Origin: Alphaproteobacteria bacterium
GTDB lineage: Bacteria > Pseudomonadota > Alphaproteobacteria > MPNO01 > UBA830
NCBI GenBank assembly: GCA_965243135.1
Contig: OZ251539.1
Location: 5,728,001-5,792,000 of the forward strand
Direction of reading: 5' to 3'
DNA length: 64,000 nucleotides
In this document: one piece after another, positions 41,638-50,796 of the stretch
Layout: every line of letters starts with the position of its first letter
Position numbering within the stretch: the first letter of the stretch is position 1
Made by a program: the position numbers and the translations under genes
The notes under the pieces: model-generated
What the model was told of the DNA's origin: nothing
Databases searched by the model: none
The model's input: the letters and a program-made list of their open reading frames with translations, nothing else

Positions 41638-42085
41638 CGCGCACCGCCGACTGGTTGCTGCCGCCGCGCAAGCCATACGGCTACGCCATCCGACGATGTG
41701 CGTTACGACGGACCTCCTCGACGACCCCGGTGATCCGGTGCCCCCGTGCATCGGCGGCCACCGTCCCGATATCATTGCCCGGTGCACCGCTGCCCGCCGC
41801 CGGTCGGTCATTATCGCGGAAGCCAAGACTGATGGCGACGTTGACAATCAACATACTCGAAGCCAGATCCGTGCCTTCGTGGATCACCTTGACGCCATAA
41901 CGACGGACACCAATACCGGTACCTTCATCTTGGCCGTCAATGGACATGTTGCGGCTTCAGCAGGGACCGTACTCCGCTTCAACTGTCGCCAACGGGTGTC
42001 GTTCCGACTCCACATCAAGTTGTTCGACGGCCTCGATTTCTGGGCCTTGGGTCCCTTTGGAGCATCCCTATGGCGTTTGTCCTGA
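41624..42085 (+). CDS. Small PD-(D/E)XK-like protein (operon gene 2)
   Basis: IGGHRPDII...IIAEAKT...HTRSQI; overlaps both neighbours. Confidence 0.6.
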   Translation: MSQSNAHRRLVAAAAQAIRLRHPTMCVTTDLLDDPGDPVPPCIGGHRPDIIARCTAARRRSVIIAEAKTDGDVDNQHTRSQIRAFVDHLDAITTDTNTGTFILAVNGHVAASAGTVLRFNCRQRVSFRLHIKLFDGLDFWALGPFGASLWRLS

Positions 42086-43115
42086 GACGCCAACCCGAAC
42101 TCTCGCCCAAGCATGCGGCGTATCCCTATCAGCTCGACGCAATTCGCTCCGTCAAGGATCTCCCTTACGCCGCCATCTTCCATGAGCAAGGTCTCGGAAA
42201 GACCAAGATCGCGATTGATCTAGCTTTGCTATGGCTGCAGAGCGATGCGGTGGACACTGTGTTCATCGTCACGAAGAAGTCGCTGGTGGACAACTGGTGC
42301 AACGAAGTTGCGGAGCACTGCCAAATCACGCCGCACATTCTGTCGGGCAACCGAGCCCAGAACAGCGCGTCCCTGAATTCGCCCGTACTCCTCTATGTCA
42401 CCAATTACGAAGCAGTCGCGGCCAACGCGCCAACAATCCGACTTTTCCTGCAAACTTGTCGCGTTGGTTGCATCCTCGACGAGAGCCAAAAGATCAAGAA
42501 TCCTGAAGCCGCTCTGACGCGCATTTTCCTTGAGGTGGCTTCGTCCTTCGAGCGGCGCGTCATCATGACCGGTACTCCTGCCGCGAACCGACCGTACGAC
42601 ATTTGGGCGCAGATCAAATTCCTGGACGGTGGGGAAGCGCTCGGCACCACGTTCGACACATTCAGGCGGCAGATGGATTTGCCTGCTAGTCGCTCGGCGG
42701 CGGTCGACTACGGCAGCCGTTTATCCGCGATCTATCAGCGCCTCGCCCGCTTCACGGTCAGAGAGACCAAGGGCACCGCGGGTATCCACCTGCCAGAGAA
42801 AACCATTACTGCACATCATGTGGATCTGCCCCCTTGGCAGATGACGAAGTATGCCGCCTACCGCGACGAACTTGCCTACCAGTATGACATGGACGGCGTT
42901 GTCGAAATCGATGAGGTCGACAGCATTCTCAAGCGACTTCTGCGTCTCGTCCAATGCGCCTCGAACCCAGCGCTCATTGATGGGAATTACGAATACGATC
43001 CCGCGAAACTCCCTCTGCTTCTTGACATGTGCCGGGAGTTCACTGCAAAATCCAAGTTGATTATATGGACGGGATTCGTCGATAATGTGTAAGCGTTCGG
43101 TCGTGGGGTGATGGC

Positions 43116-43988
43116 CTATTCATTGAGGAGCCGCCTCCAGTCCCGGCGCAGGGGTTTCAGCCAGATGTCCTTGACCGGGAGAGCGCGTTCTTTCCGGGTA
43201 TCGAGCTTGCCGCGGCCCTGCGTTTTGCCGACCTTGGTCCAGTTGGCGGCCCGGTAGCAGGTTCCTTCGAAGCGCGTGCTCTCGCAGAAGGTCTCCATCA
43301 GGGCCGGGCGCAACGCGTAGCGGCCTTCCCAATCGTCGGGCAGGCGACATTCAACCATGGCAAGGATGCAGGACGCGAGGTTTTTGATCCGGACCCACGG
43401 CAAGATCAGGAACCTTGCATTGTTGACCACGAGAGGCAGGTTGCGGCGGCGGGTCTCGGGATCCCACCCGACAAGCTTGTCCCGCGGCGCGATCTTCCAG
43501 GCCGCGGCGCCGAAGCCGAGGACGGCGAGGGGTTCGCCTCCGGCGGCCCGAACGAAGTATCGCATCTGCGCGCCGGGCAGCGTCGAATAGCCGAGATAGT
43601 GGTAGCGAGCGACGAACTCGTTCCAGAGGCGGCCTTCGCCCGCGTTCCGGACGGGCTCAACGGCGACGGGTTGGATATCGGCGAGACGCTCGGGGGTCGG
43701 GAACGGGGGCCTGTCGGTCGCGGGACCGGGCACGAGCGGACGGCGGACGACCGGCGCGCGCCTTGGCGGCGGCAAGACGATCACGCCGTCGCGATGCATG
43801 CGCAACATGGCGACGCGCGCGCTCATATCCTTTAGGCCGCCGTCGGGCTTGCGCCAGTCGAGGCGGCGGCAGACCTCCCGCGACAGCGCCCGGCGGTGGA
43901 GGCCGCCCCTCGCGATCAGGCCGCGGATCATGTCGACCTCGTCCTCGGAGAAGTCGCGCCCGCAGTAGCGGCGGGGGCTGCCGCTCAC
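43116..43988 (-). CDS. DUF4338 (DruA-like) domain protein, IS passenger
   Basis: RYCGRDF, WNEFVARYHYLGY, LVVNNARFLILPW, GTCYRAANW; GTG overlaps the transposase stop. Confidence 0.85.
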   Translation of the reverse strand: MSGSPRRYCGRDFSEDEVDMIRGLIARGGLHRRALSREVCRRLDWRKPDGGLKDMSARVAMLRMHRDGVIVLPPPRRAPVVRRPLVPGPATDRPPFPTPERLADIQPVAVEPVRNAGEGRLWNEFVARYHYLGYSTLPGAQMRYFVRAAGGEPLAVLGFGAAAWKIAPRDKLVGWDPETRRRNLPLVVNNARFLILPWVRIKNLASCILAMVECRLPDDWEGRYALRPALMETFCESTRFEGTCYRAANWTKVGKTQGRGKLDTRKERALPVKDIWLKPLRRDWRRLLNE

Positions 43989-45631
43989 GGTCCTTGGGGG
44001 AGAGCGGGACGCCAGGAGCGGAGACGCTCCTCGCCTGCGCCCCACGGCAGCCAGGCAGCAGGGCCTTCGGGCGGCGGACCGCGATGCCGGGCGCAGGCAT
44101 CGAGATAACCGAGTAGCCAGCGGTACGGCGAGACGCCGGCCATCTCGAGCGTGCCGAAGATGGAATAGAGCATGCCCGCCAACTGCGCTCCGTCCACGCT
44201 ATGCGACCCGAACGAGAGCTTCCGGCCGATCGCGAGGCCGCGCAGGCCGCGTTCGGCGGGGTTGTTGTCCATGGGAACGTCTGCGTTGTCGACGAACACT
44301 GTCAGGCCGTCGCGGTGGCGTAGCAGGGAGTCCAGAGGGCCGCGTTGCGCCGCGCTCTCCGGAAGCGCGTCCCGTGCCTTTTTCGCCGCCGCGAAGAACG
44401 CTCCGGCGAATCTCGCGAGCCGCCGCTGGGCGGCGGCGTTGCCCGGACACGCCAGACGCCTGGCGTTGAGTCGGTACAATGCCGCAATGTGACGAAGCCA
44501 TTTTTGGGCGAACTTCGCGAGGTTCGGGTAGCCGGTCTCAAGGTTGATGAAGTCCCGTCTGGCATGGACCCAACAATATGAAAGGACGATGCACCCTTCC
44601 ATGACGCGCGCCAGCTTCCGGTAGGCGGAGTAGCGGTCGCAGACCAGGTGAGCCGCCTGTTCGGGCGAGCCGAGCCCCCTGAACAGTTCAAGGGCGGCTT
44701 CCGCGCTGCGCGACGGCAGAATAACGATGCGAACCGCGTCCGCCGACCGGGCGATCCATGCCCAGGCGCGAGCGTTGCCGCCGTCTTCTTCGCCCAACTC
44801 CCGTATCCACCACCCTGTTTCGTCGCCGTGAACGACCGGCGCCTCCGACAGGCGCCGGGAGATCTCATCGTCGAGCGGCTCGAACAGTCGCAGGAATCCC
44901 CGCTGAGCGTCCGCCAACGTGCCGGGCGCAATGGCAAGCCCGTGCTGACCCAGCGCGCGGCAGACCGAGCGCAACGGACGGTGCAGGCCGTACCTCTCCG
45001 CCAGGACGTACGCCCAGACGGAAACTCCGTACCGAGTGTTCGGAAACAGCCGCGCCGGAGCCGGGCCGACGGCCTCCTTTTCCGGTCGGCAGGTACAGGT
45101 CGGGCGCAGCCGCTTCCGTCGAATCCTCCGGACATAGGTGACGGTCCTGGTCTCGATGAGATCCGTGTCCTTCCAACCGTTCGAGACCCAGGCCTTGCCG
45201 CAGTCCGGACACGTGCGCTCGTCCGGAAGCGACTCCTCCTCGCGAACGGGCAGCTCGGGGTGCGGCGTGCGGCCGTGCGACGGCGTTCCCTGACTGCGCC
45301 CCCGGCGTCGACCGGTTGCCGTAGGCTGCCGCTCGCTGCGGCGCCCGAACAACTCCCGGGCAAACCTGCGGCTGCGGGACTTCAGACTCTCGTTCTCTGC
45401 CGTCTCTCGGGGCGGCGCCTCGCGTCTCTTTTTCAGGATTCTAATCAGCGCCATCGCCCGGTGGAAAGCTCCCTGCCACCTCTCGGCGTCGCGGCGAAAC
45501 TTCTCCGCTTTATCGAGTGCGCTTTCCAGCGCCTGGCAGAGAGCCGCATTCGCTCGGCATGCCGCAGCCAGAGCTTGGCCGTCGCCCGACAGCTCGGTCC
45601 CGGAAAGCGTGCGTGCAGATTCGACCGCCAT
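43985..45631 (-). CDS. IS66 transposase (TnpC)
   Basis: FGRRSE, CPDCG zinc finger, HGDETGW, CDRYSAY, CWVHARR, MDNNPAERGLR, GRKLSFGS. Confidence 0.9.
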   Translation of the reverse strand: MAVESARTLSGTELSGDGQALAAACRANAALCQALESALDKAEKFRRDAERWQGAFHRAMALIRILKKRREAPPRETAENESLKSRSRRFARELFGRRSERQPTATGRRRGRSQGTPSHGRTPHPELPVREEESLPDERTCPDCGKAWVSNGWKDTDLIETRTVTYVRRIRRKRLRPTCTCRPEKEAVGPAPARLFPNTRYGVSVWAYVLAERYGLHRPLRSVCRALGQHGLAIAPGTLADAQRGFLRLFEPLDDEISRRLSEAPVVHGDETGWWIRELGEEDGGNARAWAWIARSADAVRIVILPSRSAEAALELFRGLGSPEQAAHLVCDRYSAYRKLARVMEGCIVLSYCWVHARRDFINLETGYPNLAKFAQKWLRHIAALYRLNARRLACPGNAAAQRRLARFAGAFFAAAKKARDALPESAAQRGPLDSLLRHRDGLTVFVDNADVPMDNNPAERGLRGLAIGRKLSFGSHSVDGAQLAGMLYSIFGTLEMAGVSPYRWLLGYLDACARHRGPPPEGPAAWLPWGAGEERLRSWRPALPQGP

Positions 45632-46370
45632 GGCAGCCGTATACAAGAACAAAAGAAGAGTGTCCAGGCCTGGGCGATTCGCCTGGCTCGACAGCCCGCT
45701 TCGCAACCGAACGCTTACTCTCCGGGACTTCGCGAGAAACCTGTTGCCGGGTGCCAACCAGAGGGGCGGCGTAGGCCGCGGCAGTACCCGAAACGAACGC
45801 GCCCTCCCGGTCAAGGACGTCTGGTTGAAGCCCCTGCCTGGAGGCAGGCCTCAACGTCGCCACCCCACGACCGAACGCTTACGATAATGTTAACTGGTTG
45901 TCTGCCAAGCTTGCCGATTTTGACCCTGTATGCATTCACGGCAGTTTGCCCATGCATAGGCGAAACCAGGCAGTGCAGTCCTTTACGAACTCATCCAATC
46001 TAGTGCTCATCGCGACACCCGGTGCCGCCAAGGAAGGCCTTACGCTCACTGTCGCGAACCACGCCATCTTTTTTGATCGCGGTTTCGGTCTAGATGACTA
46101 CCTTCAGGCGCAGGACCGTATTCATCGGATCTCTCAGACACGCGAGTGTTTCATACATAATCTTATCGCCAAAGAAACCATCGACGAATGGGTCGACGTT
46201 CTGCTCACGGCCAAGTATCGTGCCGCGCAACTTGCCCAAGGTGATATAGACGCCGTAGTTTTCCGCGACTTGTTCCGTACGGATGTTTCCGAGGTGCTCC
46301 AAGCCATTTTGTTTCCGGATCGAACCATCTCCCCTCATCAACCTTATGAAAAATCCGAGGCCACGAACCG

Positions 46371-47384
46371 ATGACGTCTGACGAGACCACCTTCGCCATA
46401 ATGGAGCAGGATATTCCTGCACGGTACGAGCTGATACACATCGATCAACTCCGTTTCCTACCCGACAATCCCCGCGTGTACGCTGCCATTCGAGAAATGT
46501 CGGATTTCGCAACCCTCACCCCCGATGAGATGCAGCATCGTATTTACCAGCGTTTGCTTCAGGAGCCAAGCGTCAAGAACCTCATACCTGAGATCCAACG
46601 AGACGGTGGACTACAAGAACCGATCATCGTTCGCTGGGACACTCAGGAAGTGATCGAAGGCAACTCCCGTTTAGCTGCCTATCGCAAGCTCCGTGAAAAC
46701 AACGATGACGATCGGTGGACGCTTATTCGCTGCCTTGTCGTCTCAACCTTTACGGATGATCAACAGATACGCCTGCTTGGTCAGACACATCTGCATGGAA
46801 AGACTGAGTGGTCCCCTTACGCTAAGGCGCTGTTTTGCTTCCGCTGGGTAAACGAGGAGCAGAAAGACATCCCTACTTTAGCGAAATTATCCGGATTTTC
46901 GCAAGCCGAAATCAAGAAAAATATCGGAATCATCGAGCTCATGCAGGAGAACGATGATAACACCCTGTCCAACTTTAGCTACTATAATGTCCTCATTCGA
47001 AGCAGTGCTATATCGTCCGAATTGAAAGATAATGAACCACTGAGAGACACATTGTTGTCTCAAATCAAAACTGAGGAATTCACAGCTCAAGAGTTGCGAA
47101 AACGCTTGCCTATAATTATCAAAAAGCCTAAAATTTTGCGAAAATACACAAAAGGTCAAATATCCCTTGAAAATGCCTATGATCGTGCGAAAGTCAGTGG
47201 TGCTCAGCAGCAACTAAATAAGATCCGTGACGACTTAGAAGAAATCGAGCTGGACGATATTGCGCCCTTGGAACACAACGAACTCATTGCCGTAAAATTA
47301 GTTGTCAAGCGCGTAGGCCAAAGCCTGAAACGTGTTTCCAACATGATCGATTCTCAACTCACCGATAACTCTACCGACCTATAG
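46371..47384 (+). CDS. ParB/Srx-like N-terminal domain protein (operon gene 4)
   Basis: LPDNPRVY, GGLQEPIIV, VIEGNSRLAAY, HGKTEWSPYAKA; ATGA overlap with the helicase stop. Confidence 0.8.
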   Translation: MTSDETTFAIMEQDIPARYELIHIDQLRFLPDNPRVYAAIREMSDFATLTPDEMQHRIYQRLLQEPSVKNLIPEIQRDGGLQEPIIVRWDTQEVIEGNSRLAAYRKLRENNDDDRWTLIRCLVVSTFTDDQQIRLLGQTHLHGKTEWSPYAKALFCFRWVNEEQKDIPTLAKLSGFSQAEIKKNIGIIELMQENDDNTLSNFSYYNVLIRSSAISSELKDNEPLRDTLLSQIKTEEFTAQELRKRLPIIIKKPKILRKYTKGQISLENAYDRAKVSGAQQQLNKIRDDLEEIELDDIAPLEHNELIAVKLVVKRVGQSLKRVSNMIDSQLTDNSTDL

Positions 47385-47401
47385 ATTGACGGCAGAATCC
47401 A

Positions 47402-49045
47402 ATGAGCAAAAAAAACGTTCTGCTCGTCGAACCGGGTTATCCGAACAAATACCCCCCGCTTGGCTTGATGAAGATTGCGGCCTATCACGGTCCGCGCGGC
47501 CGTAACGATAACCTCTGCTTCGTAAAAGGCGAGACTCCTGAAGTCCTTGCACATGTCTGGGACCGCGTATATGTAACCACTCTCTTCAGTTTCGAGTGGA
47601 AGCGAACGTCCGCTGCCATCGATTTTGCGTTGCGGGCCGTGCGCGGTCAGGCGGAGCGGATTTTCGTCGGCGGGATAGCGGCCACATTGATGTTCGACGA
47701 GTTTGTTCTTGAGCCGCGCTGGGCGGGGATACGCTTCATCAAGGGCCTTCTCGACCAGCCGCCCGCGCTTGCCCTCCGGCTTTCCGGCGAGGATGGCGAT
47801 TTCGGTGCTGACGATAACGGCACGCCTATTGAGGAACTGGTTCCCGATTACAACATTCTTGATCAGATTGCCTATAAGTATCCTGTTCGTAACGCCTATT
47901 TCGGATACGCAACTCGAGGCTGCATCCGCAAGTGTACTTTCTGCGGCGTTCCAAAGTTGGAGGGCACCCAGCGCGAGATGCCTCCGATCACTAGCCTCAT
48001 CGCCGGCGTAGACGAACAGTTTGGTCCGAAGAAGGATCTCATCCTTATGGACAACAACGTCGCTGCCAGTTCACGATACAAAGAGGTGATCGCCGAGATT
48101 CGAGATCTCGGTTTCCAGAGCGGCGCTCTGTTCGAAAGATCGGGTTCGCCGCCCGTAAAACGACGCGTCGACTTTAACCAAGGGGTTGATGCCCGCATCC
48201 TCTCGAAGACGCCCATGTACCTTAAGGAGATGGCGAGAATTTGCGTAGACCCTCTGCGCATCGCTTTTGATCACATAGGTATGCGTCGGGCTTACGAGCG
48301 CGCCGTGCATATGGCGGCCGACTATGGGCTAAGGTCGCTGTCGAACTACATGCTCTATAACTTTATGGATACGCCGAGCGATCTCTACCAGCGGATGAAA
48401 ATAAACATCGAACTCAACGAACGCCTCGGCGTCCGAATCTGGTCTTTCCCAATGCGGTACCTGCCCGTCACGATGAAGAATCGGTCACACGTCGGCAAGA
48501 ACTGGAACCGCTACTACCTTAGATCTTTCCAGATAATACTCCAAGCCACGCACGGCGTCGTGTCAGGCAGCAACGACTTCTTTCTTAGGGCCTTTGGGAA
48601 GGGAGAAGAAGAATTCGAGCAACTTCTTGCGCTGCCACACGCTTTCATTTTCCAGCGGGACTTTTACGAACACGGGGCAGGCAGAGAGATTCTCGACGAG
48701 TACCTTGCTCTGCTGCGGCGCGCCACGAAAGCACAACGTACCGAACTCATCGGCCTGCTCAGCGAAACCCTACTCGCCCGACCTCGCTACCAAGCGTTTC
48801 TTCGCCTACTCTCTGACAGATCTACAGACCAGCTCGTCCGAGAACTCGCACGTTTCCACGCGATTGACACGAAAGCTGCAAAAGTTACTGACATCGCCCA
48901 AGTCTTCCCCGAGCTCGCGCCTGATCACATGTTTCAAGAATCTGATGCGCTCGTCGAAGACGCCGGGCTCTACGAGCCGCCTGAGCCGGCAACCGAATTC
49001 ATCCCCGCCACCTCGCTGACAGCGGATCGTGCCGATGTCCGGTGA
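47402..49045 (+). CDS. Radical SAM protein with cobalamin-binding-like N-terminus (operon gene 5)
   Basis: LLVEPGYPNKYPPLGLMKIAAYH, VGGIAATL, TRGCIRKCTFCGVP (CxxxCxxC), LMDNN, DFNQGVDAR. Confidence 0.88.
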   Translation: MSKKNVLLVEPGYPNKYPPLGLMKIAAYHGPRGRNDNLCFVKGETPEVLAHVWDRVYVTTLFSFEWKRTSAAIDFALRAVRGQAERIFVGGIAATLMFDEFVLEPRWAGIRFIKGLLDQPPALALRLSGEDGDFGADDNGTPIEELVPDYNILDQIAYKYPVRNAYFGYATRGCIRKCTFCGVPKLEGTQREMPPITSLIAGVDEQFGPKKDLILMDNNVAASSRYKEVIAEIRDLGFQSGALFERSGSPPVKRRVDFNQGVDARILSKTPMYLKEMARICVDPLRIAFDHIGMRRAYERAVHMAADYGLRSLSNYMLYNFMDTPSDLYQRMKINIELNERLGVRIWSFPMRYLPVTMKNRSHVGKNWNRYYLRSFQIILQATHGVVSGSNDFFLRAFGKGEEEFEQLLALPHAFIFQRDFYEHGAGREILDEYLALLRRATKAQRTELIGLLSETLLARPRYQAFLRLLSDRSTDQLVRELARFHAIDTKAAKVTDIAQVFPELAPDHMFQESDALVEDAGLYEPPEPATEFIPATSLTADRADVR

Positions 49046-50528
49046 CATTCTCGTCGGCGGGGACATACTCCGCCTCGTAACGGTCGGCATGTACGACAAT
49101 CCACTCGTCATCTATCGCGAATACCTACAGAATGCAGCCGATTCCTGCGCCTCTCTCGGAGATGGTTGTGGCTCGGTGAGCATCACTATCGATCCAGTCG
49201 AGTCGCAGGTTATTATCATGGACGATGGGGCAGGGCTTTCGCCAGTTGACGCCGTCCATCGCCTAGTCCACATCGGCAATAGCACCAAAGTCCCTGGTGT
49301 TGATCGCGGGTTACGTGGTATCGGTCGACTATCGGCCCTCGCCTTCGCTGAAAATGTCCACTTCACGACGCGTACGCACGCCTCGGAACCCGTGACTCGG
49401 GTTTCTTGGAGCGGCCGCGCATTGCGCGAGCTTGGTGTCGCTCACGTTGACGCCAGGACCGTGATCGAAGCCTGTACAACCGTCCAGTCCCTCCCGGATG
49501 ACGACTGGCCAGACCGCTTCTTCCAAGTCACCGTCGACAGGGTGACCCGACACGCCGCTTCGACCATCCTCAACCAAGACACCGTTAGAAGCTACATTGG
49601 CGAAGTTTGCCCAGTTCCCTTGGCTTCCTCCTTCCCGCTTGCATGCGAGATTCGGGACTTTCTTGTAGCCCACACGAACTATTTGGTGCTCGACGTTCGA
49701 CTCAACGGAGACCACGCGCCGATCGTTCGGCCTTTCGGACAGGCTATCCCCCTAACGGAAGACTATTCGGCCGTATTCGAGCGGTTGGAAACATGTGTGG
49801 TTCCTCAACTCGACCAAGACCGCCCTGCAGCTGTTCTGTGGCTCGCCCACACACCCTATGTCGGCTCCATTTCGCGACGACTGGCCATCCGCGGGCTTCG
49901 CGCACGTGCCGGGAACATCCAGATAGGCTCGGACGACATCTTCGAACACCTCTTTCACGAAACGCGGTTCAACGGTTGGTGTGTCGGCGAGGTCCATATA
50001 ATCGACAGCCGCATAGTCCCGAACGGTCGGCGCGACTATTTCGAGTTCGGCCCTCATCTCCGCAATCTTGAGAACCACATCGGTGCGATCGCCCAAAAAA
50101 TCAGCGCCGAGTGCCGTCGTGCTTCGTCCCAGCGAAACAAGCTCAGCACCGTAAGAGCGGCCATCAATCAGATCAAACGCGCCCGCGACCTAGCCGGATA
50201 CCTCCGTGCGGAAGACGCAGCCGGACTGCTTGAGCGTGAGCGCGAGCGCCTCTCCCAGATCAGACAAACCATCCAACAGATCCAAAGCGCGACCTCGCAC
50301 TCCGACTTGGATGAACTCGATCTCTGTGAGAGGCAATTAGACGCTGTCGATCTCAATGGCGAACCGCCGCTGACCGGTGTCCCATCACATTCCGCCCATA
50401 CTCTCCTAGCGGCTTTCGGTGCGCTCGCCGACTCGATGCCTCCGGATGCCGCATTGAACATGATTGAGACCATTCTCCGCCGACTGTCCGGCGAAGTGGT
50501 GAACCCCAATACCGTCAATAGGCTTTGA
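49035..50528 (+). CDS. GHKL (HATPase_c_3, MORC/Hsp90-like) ATPase (operon gene 6)
   Basis: GMYDNPLVIYREYLQNAADS, DDGAGL, IGNSTK, GLRGIGRLS; second domain GLRARAGNIQIG...GEVHI...PNGRRDYFE. Confidence 0.82.
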   Translation: MSGDILVGGDILRLVTVGMYDNPLVIYREYLQNAADSCASLGDGCGSVSITIDPVESQVIIMDDGAGLSPVDAVHRLVHIGNSTKVPGVDRGLRGIGRLSALAFAENVHFTTRTHASEPVTRVSWSGRALRELGVAHVDARTVIEACTTVQSLPDDDWPDRFFQVTVDRVTRHAASTILNQDTVRSYIGEVCPVPLASSFPLACEIRDFLVAHTNYLVLDVRLNGDHAPIVRPFGQAIPLTEDYSAVFERLETCVVPQLDQDRPAAVLWLAHTPYVGSISRRLAIRGLRARAGNIQIGSDDIFEHLFHETRFNGWCVGEVHIIDSRIVPNGRRDYFEFGPHLRNLENHIGAIAQKISAECRRASSQRNKLSTVRAAINQIKRARDLAGYLRAEDAAGLLERERERLSQIRQTIQQIQSATSHSDLDELDLCERQLDAVDLNGEPPLTGVPSHSAHTLLAAFGALADSMPPDAALNMIETILRRLSGEVVNPNTVNRL

Positions 50529-50796
50529 ATTTTGCCTCCAAGATGGGGGCTGATTTGTTTTGCTGTCGTGCGTCAGCGCCGTCACGGTTTTCTCGCCGGG
50601 TCGCCGCCGTCTTCGGCCGGGCGCGGGCGACAGGCGGCAAGGGCGCCTCACGGCCAGGACGGGCCCCGGCCCGGAGCGCCCGTTCCGCGAAACGTCGCCC
50701 GAAGCGCGACGGCTCCTCGCCGTTCGCGCCTCGCGTCGTCTCGACTCCGCGGCGGCGATTCTGCATTCTGCCGAACGCGGACGGAAAGGGGCAGGC

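Larger units (their letters stand above)
43089..45882 (-). mobile_element. IS66-family element carrying a DUF4338 gene
   Basis: Ends GTAAGCGTTCGGTCGTGGGGTG / CACCCCACGACCGAACGCTTAC; 8-bp TSD GATAATGT (43081-43088, 45883-45890); extra internal end at about 45703-45718. Confidence 0.9.
42070..46374 (+). pseudogene. SNF2-family helicase (about 500 aa) interrupted by an IS66 element (operon gene 3)
   Basis: HEQGLGKT, ILDESQKIKN, MTGTP; C-terminal half AKEGLTLT, QAQDRIHRI. Removing 43089-45882 plus one TSD gives in-frame IWTGFVDNVNWLSAKL. Confidence 0.85.

Noticed and set aside
43116-43988. Druantia defence system
   Set aside because: Only a DUF4338 gene lying inside IS66 ends is present; there are no druB-E genes
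50530-50620. Possible inverted similarity to 40370-40430 marking the ends of the radical SAM island
   Set aside because: Similarity is too weak by eye and no target duplication was found
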